This document shows positions 38,718 to 49,434 of a stretch of 64,000 nt of DNA, piece after piece (the first letter of the stretch is position 1; every line of letters begins with the position of its first letter). Location of the stretch: positions 30,912 to 94,911 of the forward strand of contig JAUCBJ010000983.1 in NCBI GenBank assembly GCA_032718475.1. The letters are read 5' to 3'. The position numbers were made by a program, and so were the translations under genes. This stretch comes from Nemertoderma westbladi (Eukaryota; Animalia; Xenacoelomorpha). The notes under the pieces are model-generated. The model was given only the letters and a program-made list of their open reading frames with translations. It searched no databases and was not told the origin of the DNA.

Positions 38718-39551
38718 TAGGGTTGTGCCGGATATCCGGCCGGGCCGGAATTCCGGTCTGTACAGTAGCAGAGCTATCATTTTATGACTATCTACATGCT
38801 GAGCTGACCGACTACTTTTTACCAAGAATATTTGTATTTGGTTGGGCTCAGCCTCACTAACACTTAATATATAATAAATAGTACATGTATGGCCATATAC
38901 TAATTAAGCTTACCACCGTGAATGGCCAGTTTATATATTCGACAGGCAATTTAGAAACTAGTAAATCCAATTTAAATCAGAGAGTATATACAAAAACTAC
39001 ACCTATTATTTCTCCGTTCTATTTTTCAATGTGCCCTTTATTTATCAAATCAATCTATTATATCAAATCGTCGTAGGTTATGGTACAAAAATATTAGTTT
39101 ATCTCCACGATCCGGAAGTAGACGAGTGCGTTTCTCATCAAATACATTACCAGCCTCTACAAATATTCACTCGGAATAAATTGAAGACGCTGGTGATACT
39201 AAATATATGTACAAGTATTTGTAAATTAGGAAATGATTCCTTATTCGCAGCCAACCAACGCAAAACGCTCTTCTCGTCCCGTTCAGTTGGGATAACTGAC
39301 ATATACTTACTTATCTACTTCTGAATTCTTGACCTTGCTGATAATGATCCAGCACGTTATCTACGTATCGATGCAGGACCTAACGCCCAAAGGACCAAAT
39401 GACGTGGTACCCTCCCTCCCTCCATTTCTGTTCATGCATATAGTGGTGATATATAAAAAAATCCGGCTTGGCCGGAATTCGGGCCGGATTTTTTCTACAA
39501 ATCCGGCTCCGGCCTGGCCGGTTTGAAAATAGTCAATCCGGCACATCCCTA
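38718..39551. mobile_element. hAT-like non-autonomous element nested in the PRDM9 intron
   Basis: TIRs TAGGGTTGTGCCGGAT / ATCCGGCACATCCCTA, CCGG-rich subterminal repeats, perfect 8-bp TSD ATATAAAT (38710-38717 and 39552-39559). Confidence 0.9.
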
Positions 39552-40163
39552 ATATAAATGAATAAACATTTATAAATATAAACATTTGTATGGTTAATGA
39601 ATAATCAATGACATTGAATGAATAAAGTTCCCGTAAAATATTGGGAGAAACATCATATATGGTGCGGGAAGTATCGTTTTTGGTTGAAAGTGAATTAAAA
39701 TTGGGTAGAAATAATTATATTTTGGGTGCGAGTTAGAGAAATTTAATTATTTTTGGGATCGCCGAGATATTTAAATCGGGGGATGTTGATTGTTGGGGCT
39801 ATAAAAGAACATTAACAAACATAACGGGAAATAATAGCAGCAAACTATATGGCAGAAATTGTGGAAGGGGGGAGTTTACCAATTAATTATGCTAAATTAA
39901 TTAATAAATGCTGAAGGTAATTAATTACCGATCCGGAAATAAAATATATAAAGTATTGCCTTTTTACACAATATATAGCGGGAAAAAATGTTTAAGAAGA
40001 TTCCGTCCTACTGTGATTGGCCATGACATTTCCCCAATAATTTTCCCTCAATAAATACTAGCGCGATTCTGTAATGAGTAAAATTTATTTTGAGATAAAT
40101 AATATATCTCGGTGAAATATATAAAAACTAAATTATTTGATTACTATGGCCGTTTTCAACCAC

Positions 40164-40725
40164 CGTGATTCTCTTCAGTGATACACTCTGTTTCATTCAC
40201 GTCTTTCATGTTAAAATCGAAACTTCCTTCTGCGCTCAGATAACTGCCACTTCCCTCGTTACGCTCGATGCTGTCGCTGTACCATTCATACGGACCTGGC
40301 GGAGAATCCGTCGCTTTCCTTCTGTAATAAGGAAGTACCAGATCCGAGTTGGTACAGGCCACGGATTCCTTGTCTGAATCATCCTCACAAACATCGACAA
40401 TAATATCCTCAAATATGGAGTGATCCATAGAGAGTGATCCATCTTCTTCTTCGTCTTCATCTAAAACATCCATCGGTTCGTCGTCGATACCAACTATCTT
40501 ATCTTCAGGAATGACTTTCCTCCCAGACACTATATTAGTCTTTTCCTTCATAAAATCTGGGGGTTCTATTGGCTTGGCTCTGAGTTCGTTAAAACCTAAA
40601 GACGTCAGCATCTCGAATTGTTCCTTCAAGGCTAACGAACGACGCCTATCGAAGATGCTCATTAACTCCCATTCGTTGTCGGTGAAATAGTGACGGATGG
40701 AATCGAACTCGGAATCCATTGACAT
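40164..40725 (-). CDS. PRDM9: PRDM9-like exon 1: ancestral KRAB (SSX/PRDM9-type) plus acidic linker
   Basis: FDSIRHYFTDNEWELMSIFDRRRSLALKEQFEMLTSLGF...PPDFM matches the PRDM9/SSX KRAB pattern F.DI..YF...EW..M...EK.RY.N.KRNY..L..LG...P.FM. Splices in frame to exon 2. Confidence 0.8.
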
Positions 40726-40802
40726 CTCGAAGAGTAAATATATGATATAAAGTGATTTAAAAATACAATATACTATTACAATACAGTTGGAATTTTTGTT
40801 AT

Positions 40803-43079
40803 TGTAAGGGTCCAGTAGTATACCGCTTACCAGATCCTAGTAACGATGTATCTTACTATGAGACTCTAGTAATGTATACGGGCTTGTACAGTATCTGACA
40901 ACAAATCCCAGTCCAGGATATCTAAACAAACAGATATAGTACACAAACGACTACTGGCGAGGAACAGAGCCTTGTATCTATTCTATGTACGTGAGCGGGT
41001 CTAATGCCTACGTACTAGACAGAAGGATACCTGTCCTCTAACCGGTGAGGCAGATGTACAGTTACAGTAACAGACCAAACTCACGGGAAAACAATCCCCG
41101 CGCAGCGAATCCTAACTATCACTGACAGTCCTAAATACAGTAACTTGCCGCGGTGTGATTTATATGGTTTATATACGAGCTAGTGGGTTAACAGACCTAG
41201 CGTAACAACACTGACAGTCCTAAATCAGTCGAAAAGGGGTCGTGCCTAAATCTAACAATAACTGATCCCCCTGTACGAAATCAGTCTAAAGGGTCAAGCC
41301 TAAATGTAACAATACCGTTGTCCAGACAAACAACAGTTTAATAACGAAAGTGAAATACTCCTTATCTTGCCGCAATCAAATCAGATCCTAATTGTACAAA
41401 TACAAATAATTTCCTCCTAACGTAATGTATAGTACGCTATAGCTAGTAGAACTTTAAGGGCGATATGTTTTAGGGCGTGTGTGTGTGGGTGTGTTACAAA
41501 TAAAACAATTTCGTGTAATTCCTTTTACTAGGTTTTAGTGATTTTCTGACTAAAATGATACCGTGCGCTAGCTACTAAAATAAACTAGTCGCGTTTGTAG
41601 AACTTTATACTCACGAATGACGTCAAAGCTCTCTCCTTCCTATCCACAACCCAATGGGCAACCACAGTGTTAGTAACTACACCCGTGATCGGCACTAATA
41701 CCAGATTCTGGTTGTAAGATAAGAATAGGGGTTAATCGCTACCGTACGTTAGCTGATCTGGTATACTAATTTAATTCTAGAACTTTGTTGCTGCGGTAGT
41801 TAGCAGCAATACCTATCAGTACGTGGCAAGGCGCGGTAGGATATTAATAAACCTCCCTAGGCCAAGCAGTGTGCCGGTAGCAGAAATACTCCTTGCCTGA
41901 TCAAATAGCTAACTCCAGACAAGGGGGGGGGGGTACTAATGTACGTTCTACAAAGCGAACCGGTACCAAACAGTCAGTGCTATGAATCACTAAATTATGG
42001 AACGTATGCTGTCCGTACCTAATATGTACTCGCGTACTGACGAATGGCAATAGTTCGCACCTGTAGGAAGTACAGGTTAACCCAGGGATTCGTAGGACTT
42101 GACACAGGGGGGGTGTCTGGATATAATTATTTGATCCTAAATTTGCGGCGTCCAGTGCGGTGTCACGCTTACCCTGATCTATAGGTCTTACGGCGGGCAA
42201 GGGCGTCGAACAAAGTCTTACCTTTCTCACAAAGCGGGCGCTGCATAGCAAGTTGAGCATTTCGAAGGGGCAAAGGGGGTGCGCGGTCAATCCAATGTGG
42301 GCGCTAGCGTGTTGTGGACATCCCTTCCCTGCGTTGCTTACGGCCTAACGGTCTAGGCTGCCATCTCCCTGGTGTTCGGCTGTCCCGAAGTCAGACCAAA
42401 AGAAAACATGTCAGGAAATTGCAGTATATTTACAGTTTTACAAAGGATTTATCAAAACGAAGTTTCAACAAGAAACCGAATAAACTTTTTATACAAGAAT
42501 AAGAGAGTGTAACACAAGGTATAAGGTTTGGTACTGAGGGGGTAACAAGTGATAACCGAAGGCAAACCGGCCTTTTTATACTAGAAATTGCACATGGAAA
42601 CTAAACAGAAATTTCCACAGCTTCACCATTGAGCAATGAAGTGCTTCGTGCCCTATGATTGGCCCAGCTCATCGTTCAACGCAGTCCGGCCCTTACACTA
42701 AATCTGGGACATGGAATCCTAACAGAATTTTCCACTGCCTCACATTTGAGCAATAAGGTAATTTATGCCCTATGATTGGCCTGGCTCATTATTCGCTACG
42801 TTGTACGCTTCTCATTGGCCTACCAATTAGCACCACACGAAAATAAATGGCCCCAAAATACAAATTTCCCGACTGGGATTCGAACTCGTAACCTACGTAA
42901 TGTAACCAACGCCTTAACCATCTGACCACTACGCCACGAGAGTACCTAAGGGTTTTATGTGTACAAATATGAATAGGCATATTACATTACTGTAACTTAA
43001 TCAAAATACGTCGGATTTTCAAAAGTTTTTACGCTAAAGTTAAACTACAAATGCTACCTTATAGTGAAATAATTCATCA
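40803..43079 (-). repeat. 3' LTR of element B (2277 bp)
   Basis: Differs from 49435-51710 by about 4 substitutions and one G-run indel, by eye. Confidence 0.95.
42866..42938 (-). promoter_or_regulatory. tRNA-like Pol III A/B-box module inside the LTR (second copy about 51497-51569)
   Basis: Minus strand GGCGTAGTGGTCAGATGGTTAAGGCGTTGG...GAGTTCGAATCCCAGTCGGG. No complete cloverleaf. Confidence 0.55.
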
Positions 43080-43471
43080 CCGCTCCATGAAAACAGTAAG
43101 TAAGACTGTTTTCACCAATCAAAATATAAAATATCTACAAACTATTTCTAAATTTACTGGTAGGGCCTAAAATATAAAATATAATCACTATCTAATTATT
43201 GCATACTTAATATTGCAGATACGGCGTAAATACAATCGATCGTACATACAAATACAAATTTACGAATTAACTTTAGTGCCTAAAATACAAAAAAAAGGCT
43301 TTCGGTTATCAAGATAAGCAAATTAAACAAATCAGAACAAATAAATCAAACAAATCGAACAAATAAATCAAACTCTTTAGATAAATCTTTATATATTGTA
43401 AATATACATAATAAACCTTCACCAAATTAAATCAGTCCAAATATAATATAAACATAATGCGCTAATAACTT

Positions 43472-46180
43472 TCAATAGTGTCCTCCTGACGATCTAATAG
43501 TTCGTCCTGCTGGTCTGGATATCTTCTCCTGAGCACTAATTGCTAACGGTAGGCTCGCGGTCTGGCGAATGGTATCTCTCATAATATTTAATGACCGTTT
43601 TTCCTGTTCTGACATAGCGGTCTCGTAACTACCGGGTTCTGCTGAGTCCTGTTCCAACCATTGTATGGTCCGTTCAGTCAGCAGTCGGTCAAGCGCTGCT
43701 TGCACTGCGCCATGGTCCTCGTCCACATCTTCGTCCGCAGCGGTGGCTAGTGTCAATGTGTCTGGTAGGCTCGCAAGCCTTCCGGTGTCACTAGTCGGCG
43801 TCGAATTGTCGTGCGGCGGTTTGACAACCTTTTGATCTGTCGGTAGGCTCGCAAGCCTTCCAAGATCAACGACCGGTGTCGAAGCCTGGTGGGTGGGGTC
43901 AATGACCTTCGGATTTTTCGGTAGGCTCGCAAGCCTTCCAAAATCCTCGTTCATCGAGTCATCCACAGCAACAACCCTCAGGTCTTCAGTAGTCAATACA
44001 ACCTGGTCTACTGCAAGTAGTTGTAAGTCAGAGGTCCGTATGGTCGTGTCCAGATCGGTTACGTCAGTATCGGTGGCGTCTGCGTTAGTGACGCAAGTCT
44101 GTCGTAGTGCCGTCCGTACAATTGGACCACGGGAGTGTGAAGGAGAATTATCTATCGTGTTAGTCAATAAACTACACGTACTCAAAACGTCGTCCTCCTG
44201 GTCACTTACCTCTAGTGAACGTATTGGTGCTCTAGTATACCAACCTATGGGAGTTCTACATGCGTAGGGGTTGCCCGCTGTAATAACAGATGGGCGTGTC
44301 TCCCATACCTGATGTAAGTTAAACTGGTCTGTCCCAATTAACATCGCAATGGAACGATAATTGACAGGACATTCCGGTATTCCAAGGTGTCGGAAATACT
44401 TACGATCTTCCGGTGATTGCTCTGGCACAGGGCCGAGCAAGTTACTAAAGTCCTTCGTAGCTGCAAAGGTCAAATTTCTTACCGGAAGTAATGAGCGCTC
44501 CTCCTTGCTGTGTTCCGCTTTGGAAAGAAGAGTGTCTAAGGTTAGTTTTACTCTCGTCACAGGAATCGCTCTCTTACCATGCATGCTGCTTACAGTATAC
44601 TGAGCAGTCTTACCTTGACTCATGTCCGTAACTACGTCGGCTACCTGTTCGTCGACATAGCTATGCGATGACGCAGAGTCTAAGATGGCGTATATACGCT
44701 TGCTCCCTCGGGTTCCGGTAATCTTTATAGGAATCACGCTAAACCCTTTCAATTGGTTCTGTGTGAGGAGCGTTATCGATGGCTGTTCCTCACCTGCATG
44801 CACGTAGAAAGTGTCGTCTTCCTCCTCGTCCTCGTCCGATGATCCTGACTGATCCATACAGTCGGTATAAAAGGTACGGATCTCGCGCGGCGCACGCTCC
44901 TTATAAAGCGCGTCGCATCTAGCCGCTTTATCTGGATGCTCTCGTCGAAAGCGTCTGGTCGGAGTATGACTGGTTGTGTGAAGCAACGCGTCATGGTTAC
45001 GTCCACACAAAGAACATGTATCATCGCTCGGGCAATCCTTCCGGACGTGTCCTGGCTTCATACATCTCCAACAGGAATCTAGAGATCGGATTTGGAGTCT
45101 CCTTTCCTCGATCCCTAACTCTTTAAAAGCGCGACATCCACGTAGTTTATGTCCGCTATGGTTTCTGCCGTTCCGCTCGCAGTATGAGCATCCCACAAAG
45201 TCCGCCGGCAACTGTTGTCGTGGCTGCGTGGTGCCGATAGGCGTCAGAACTTTAGAAGTCTCAGTAGGGGTGGCGTAAGTAACGGCCTTCGCGTTCGTCG
45301 GAAATGGTTTAGTCCGATTCGGCGCAGAAACAGTTATCCCTTCCGCCGCGATATGGTGATCGGTATAGTTCGATCGAGTCTCAATCACGGCCTCCCGTGA
45401 AATAAGTTGATAGACATCGGTGAGTTTTAATAACCCTCCGGCCTCTTCGCGCTGGTACTCGATGCGTCGCCATTCTCGTCGTAGTCGATGATGAAGTCGA
45501 CCGATTATTCGAATGAGAACCGTCGGTGCGTTAGCGTACTCGAGTTGTCCAATGGACCGTAAAGTCCCTATAGCGTTCTTTATTTCGTCCGCGAGTCGTA
45601 AAAGGTCGATCGGTCTCGAAATGTTGCCTCCTCTGCAGAGGTCTTCAATAATGGATTTAGCCATGGCGACATTACCGCCGTAAATCGAATACAAACGGTC
45701 GTACGCCAATTCAAAGGCATCGGGAACTCCAATAAAGGTTTCCGCTAATCGTTTCGGCTCACCAGACAGAACTTGGAGCAAGTAATTAAACTTCTCCGTC
45801 GAGGTGAAAGCACACTTAGCGATCTGGGACTCTACGTAGTCTACCAGTGTGCGCCAGTGTTTCGCGTTGCCAGAGAACTTCGGCGGTTGCTGTGCCGGTA
45901 ATCCGTGTCTAGCCGCGAATTTCGCAATCTCGCTAACTAAATCCAACTGTCCGCGTCCCTGTTCGGCGGCGTCGTCCAGTCGCTCCCTTCCGCGCGTTGT
46001 TCGTCGGTAGGAATTATTAACGGGATCTTCTTCTCGATGTGTCGGAGTCCGTCTAGTCTCCTGTTCTCTCCTCGGTGGTCGATGTTGTCTAGGTTGTTCC
46101 AACTCCACGCTGGTCCGTGATCGATCCGACGGTTGCGCTTCGAGTCGTTCTTCGAGTTGAGCTGATCGCTGATCGCTGAT
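43472..46180 (-). CDS. BEL/Pao Gag core, Zn knuckles and aspartic protease (3' part of a split ORF)
   Basis: PPKFSGNAKHW...EKFNYLLQVLSGEP; CSYC..H, CWRCMKPGHVRKDC, CSLCGRNHDALLH; protease AILDSAS; three GRLASLP repeats; ends shortly after the pre-RT MSEQEKRSLNIM motif. No RT or integrase core. Confidence 0.88.
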   Translation of the reverse strand: MSDQRSAQLEERLEAQPSDRSRTSVELEQPRQHRPPRREQETRRTPTHREEDPVNNSYRRTTRGRERLDDAAEQGRGQLDLVSEIAKFAARHGLPAQQPPKFSGNAKHWRTLVDYVESQIAKCAFTSTEKFNYLLQVLSGEPKRLAETFIGVPDAFELAYDRLYSIYGGNVAMAKSIIEDLCRGGNISRPIDLLRLADEIKNAIGTLRSIGQLEYANAPTVLIRIIGRLHHRLRREWRRIEYQREEAGGLLKLTDVYQLISREAVIETRSNYTDHHIAAEGITVSAPNRTKPFPTNAKAVTYATPTETSKVLTPIGTTQPRQQLPADFVGCSYCERNGRNHSGHKLRGCRAFKELGIEERRLQIRSLDSCWRCMKPGHVRKDCPSDDTCSLCGRNHDALLHTTSHTPTRRFRREHPDKAARCDALYKERAPREIRTFYTDCMDQSGSSDEDEEEDDTFYVHAGEEQPSITLLTQNQLKGFSVIPIKITGTRGSKRIYAILDSASSHSYVDEQVADVVTDMSQGKTAQYTVSSMHGKRAIPVTRVKLTLDTLLSKAEHSKEERSLLPVRNLTFAATKDFSNLLGPVPEQSPEDRKYFRHLGIPECPVNYRSIAMLIGTDQFNLHQVWETRPSVITAGNPYACRTPIGWYTRAPIRSLEVSDQEDDVLSTCSLLTNTIDNSPSHSRGPIVRTALRQTCVTNADATDTDVTDLDTTIRTSDLQLLAVDQVVLTTEDLRVVAVDDSMNEDFGRLASLPKNPKVIDPTHQASTPVVDLGRLASLPTDQKVVKPPHDNSTPTSDTGRLASLPDTLTLATAADEDVDEDHGAVQAALDRLLTERTIQWLEQDSAEPGSYETAMSEQEKRSLNIMRDTIRQTASLPLAISAQEKISRPAGRTIRSSGGHY

Positions 46181-46217
46181 GAGCTGGGATGTGCTATTCA
46201 GCTGGCGGAGTAATATA

Positions 46218-48434
46218 TTACAAACTTACAGTTGATGTTTGCTTACTCTCTAGGATATAATGAGAGAGTAATAAACTTGGCAAGTAATTTACTTCTCTGC
46301 AGTTTGGGCCTATCTGTTCAATATTAGTACTGAACTGTTTAGCGCTGATCGTTTCCGCTGGTTTCAACGTGGGTTTCTGTTGGGGTGTTTCTCGTGGAGG
46401 ATTGTCGATATAGGGGTTCGTCGATCGTTCCTCCCGTTTGTAATCCGCTGCCGCTGCCGCTCCAGTACGGAATATTTCCCGTTCCGTCGACTCCGAGTCA
46501 CTAGATGAGTCGCTGTCGTCCGGATAAGGTGGTTGGCGGGTTCGCGTCCGGCGTATTATTCTTGGTCGAGTTCGTCGTGGTCTGGGATCTACGGCTCCTC
46601 GTTGTTCGGTAGGCTCGCAAGCCTTCCACGAAGTCGTAGGTCTCGTTAAACATTGGGTGAGAGGTCTAGTAAAAACATCTGAGTTAAGTTCTACTGTAGG
46701 TTTATAAATGACTGGGTTCGCGCAGCACGTCACAGGTTTAACTTGTAATGGTTTACTCACCTGTTTTACTGTCATAAACGCAGGTTCGTCTCTCTCTACA
46801 AGTAAACTACGGCTTACAGTAGGTGGACTACTTATCTTACCTGCTAAAATTGGCGATGAAGTCGCCCTAGGTTGCGGTATTTCCGTCACAACAAACCTGT
46901 TGCCTTGCGTCGAACGCACAGGCGTTATTTCCTTAGGTTTCGTAACAAAGACCGGTTTTATCGGAGTCGTGGGTTTGAGCATAGGAATAACTTGGGGAAA
47001 ACGTTTACAGTAATCCTCGACGAACTCCTCTCCTCGATCTATCGCTCCCACGCTTCCTTCCTCGATCCGCTTCTGTATTCCGCGATATCGAGCTTCCATA
47101 CGATCCAGGGCAGACAAATCATGTCCAGTCCGCGATCTCATAGATCTATCTCTCGCGTCGAGTTCGAGGTCCGCTTGCGCGTTCGCTGTCTCGCGCGATC
47201 TACGATTCAATTCGAACTGTAGTTGCATCTCCCTTTCGCGTCGATCTGCGTCCTGTTGTTGTGCCGCTAATTCCGCTTCCTGTATAGCTAATCGAGCGTT
47301 TATTTGCCGCGCCTCCAACTTGGCACGAGCGTCGGATGCTGCTTTCTTCCGTGCTAACTCGTCAGCTGCCGCCTGTCGTGCTAACTCGTCGGCTGCTGCC
47401 GCCGCGGCCGCTTCTCGCGCTAAGTCCTCCTCCAGTCTCCGCATCTCTGATGCTTCGAACTCAGCTTGCGCCTTGAGTTGTGCAATTCTTGCCTCGTCTT
47501 CTCTACGTTGTTTCTCTCCTTCGATGGCGATCTGTGCCATCTGGTGTCGCGCTTCTTCCTCGGCGACTTGTTGTCGGCGTGCAACCTCCTGTTGTTGTCG
47601 AGTAATTCCAGACGCTGTTCTACTAACGTCGCCAACGTTGCCAACGTCGCTCCGTACGCTAACGAACGATCTATCCAGTGGTGGATGTTGGTAGGCTCGC
47701 GAGCCTTCCGTAGTGAGAACTTCCGTCGTCCCTCGCGGTTCGACTTCCGGTTCGTCGATCGGTACGCCGCATCTACGAAGAAAATTGGTCAGCGTTTCCA
47801 ACCTTCCGTCCAGGCAGTAGAGTTCTTCTTCCTCTTCGGGTTGTAACAACGCGTCCGAAACTGACTCACCTAGCAGTTGGTCGAACTGCTCCTGTTGAGC
47901 CAAGCTTATTACCGACTTAAATTGGATAAGGCTTTCTCTCGCACTTACCAGTTTATCTACTATCTTTACCTGAGTAAAGTTGTCGCCACGCAACTCTGCA
48001 AGTTCGTGCAAACCTTTAAGTTTATCTACGGAGGCATGTACCCTACTTTCTATCCTTACCTGTAAGGTGTAGAACTCGTATCTCGACATCGGGGCGGTTA
48101 ACTCGCGTAAAACGCGAAAACCTTCTCCGAGGTTCCGAGTAATCTGGGCCATGTGTCCTCCTATACTTCTAATAACGTTCTCCTGGCTTCCAGTCGAACT
48201 TACCATGTCCGGTTCCCGTGATCTAGTCTGCGGGACGGTAAGGAAATCTTCGATTCTGCCGTCGCCACGCGTTGCGGCTTCCGGTATTTCCGTTCGGGGT
48301 ACCGGTGACGCAAGCGGTGTGACATCGGTGGAATCTCGGGTTCTCCTTCTCGGTTCGTCTACTGTCGATCTGTCCGGGTCGCACGAGTCATAGTCGGTAG
48401 GTGGGTATCTCGTCGAATGGGGTGTGTCACTCAT
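46218..48434 (-). CDS. N-terminal coiled-coil part of the element B Gag (738 aa; interrupted by an insert)
   Basis: Long Ala/Glu/Arg-rich coiled coil, like the N-terminus of the element A Gag. Joins the downstream ORF in frame when 169 nt are removed. Confidence 0.8.
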   Translation of the reverse strand: MSDTPHSTRYPPTDYDSCDPDRSTVDEPRRRTRDSTDVTPLASPVPRTEIPEAATRGDGRIEDFLTVPQTRSREPDMVSSTGSQENVIRSIGGHMAQITRNLGEGFRVLRELTAPMSRYEFYTLQVRIESRVHASVDKLKGLHELAELRGDNFTQVKIVDKLVSARESLIQFKSVISLAQQEQFDQLLGESVSDALLQPEEEEELYCLDGRLETLTNFLRRCGVPIDEPEVEPRGTTEVLTTEGSRAYQHPPLDRSFVSVRSDVGNVGDVSRTASGITRQQQEVARRQQVAEEEARHQMAQIAIEGEKQRREDEARIAQLKAQAEFEASEMRRLEEDLAREAAAAAAADELARQAAADELARKKAASDARAKLEARQINARLAIQEAELAAQQQDADRREREMQLQFELNRRSRETANAQADLELDARDRSMRSRTGHDLSALDRMEARYRGIQKRIEEGSVGAIDRGEEFVEDYCKRFPQVIPMLKPTTPIKPVFVTKPKEITPVRSTQGNRFVVTEIPQPRATSSPILAGKISSPPTVSRSLLVERDEPAFMTVKQVSKPLQVKPVTCCANPVIYKPTVELNSDVFTRPLTQCLTRPTTSWKACEPTEQRGAVDPRPRRTRPRIIRRTRTRQPPYPDDSDSSSDSESTEREIFRTGAAAAADYKREERSTNPYIDNPPRETPQQKPTLKPAETISAKQFSTNIEQIGPNCREVNYLPSLLLSHYILESKQTSTVSL

Positions 48435-49434
48435 GTCTTATTATATACGTCAAGTACGGGTAATAAAATGTCAAGTGTCTGAATGTTGAAGTGTCAAACT
48501 TACCTAACCGGTACAAATAAATCAACAAGTCAGAATGTCGAAATGTCGAAATGTACAAATGTCAAACTTACCTTGATATATATATATATCATATATATAC
48601 CCTAACCGGTACAAATAAAACTAACAAGGTATATAATAAAATAAGTAGTAATCTAGCCTACCGGCTAAATTTGTACGAATAAGTGAGATAACGGTATACG
48701 TTAACAAAATGTAGATCAACAAGTAAAACAATAGGCCAAACAGCAACGTCTAAAGGGAAAATATGTACCAACAACACTACTAATAGACAGTGAAACCCAC
48801 AAATTTTGAGTACTACTGTGCTTTCTTAAGTTTGAACGATGCGAGTCGTAAAACTTACGTTCCTTTGATCTTCCAGTCGTACAAATTCTCAAATACAAAC
48901 CGGACGTGGGTCTTTCCGTTTTTCGGCGGCGCGGACGAATTTATTGTCTCCCAAACTTTGCGAAAAGCGGTCTAATCCTCGAAGCGGTCCAGAAATGAGT
49001 CCTTGAGTCCTGAAAAGGTCGAAGGTGAGAGTTTTACTTCTACGCTTACAAAAAATCTTCCTAGGTACCGATACAAATTGGTCTTTAAACCCTATATGTA
49101 CCTTTTCAAGTACCGAAAGTAACACCGCACACACACGGCGTAAAACAAAGTGCTACAAACTAACTGTTAGCTAGTCAAAGATTAAATACGAAAGTACTAG
49201 CTACCCTAAAAGCCTACTGAAGCAGGGGACGTTCTAAATTACGAAATTTACTAACCTTAGATTTTAAATATCTCCTACTTACAATAGCTAACAATCGGAA
49301 TTATACTATATGCTACGTCGGAAATACTATATACTAATTTATATAAATACTTCCTACTGTAAGGGTAGGAATATTTTACACTACGATAGAAGTACTATAC
49401 ACTAATTTCAGAATTTGTATAATATACTTCCTAC

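Larger units (their letters stand above)
37381..40165. mobile_element. TIR-bounded DNA-transposon derivative coinciding with the PRDM9 intron (predicted intron 40163..37381)
   Basis: Left end CTGTGGCTGAAAGCGGCCAT; reverse complement of right end CGGTGGTTGAAAACGGCCAT (17/20 identical). The same TIR bounds the MITE at 51808-51956. Confidence 0.8.

Noticed and set aside
42866-42938. Functional tRNA gene
   Set aside because: Acceptor and anticodon stems do not pair properly. Kept only as an A/B-box module.
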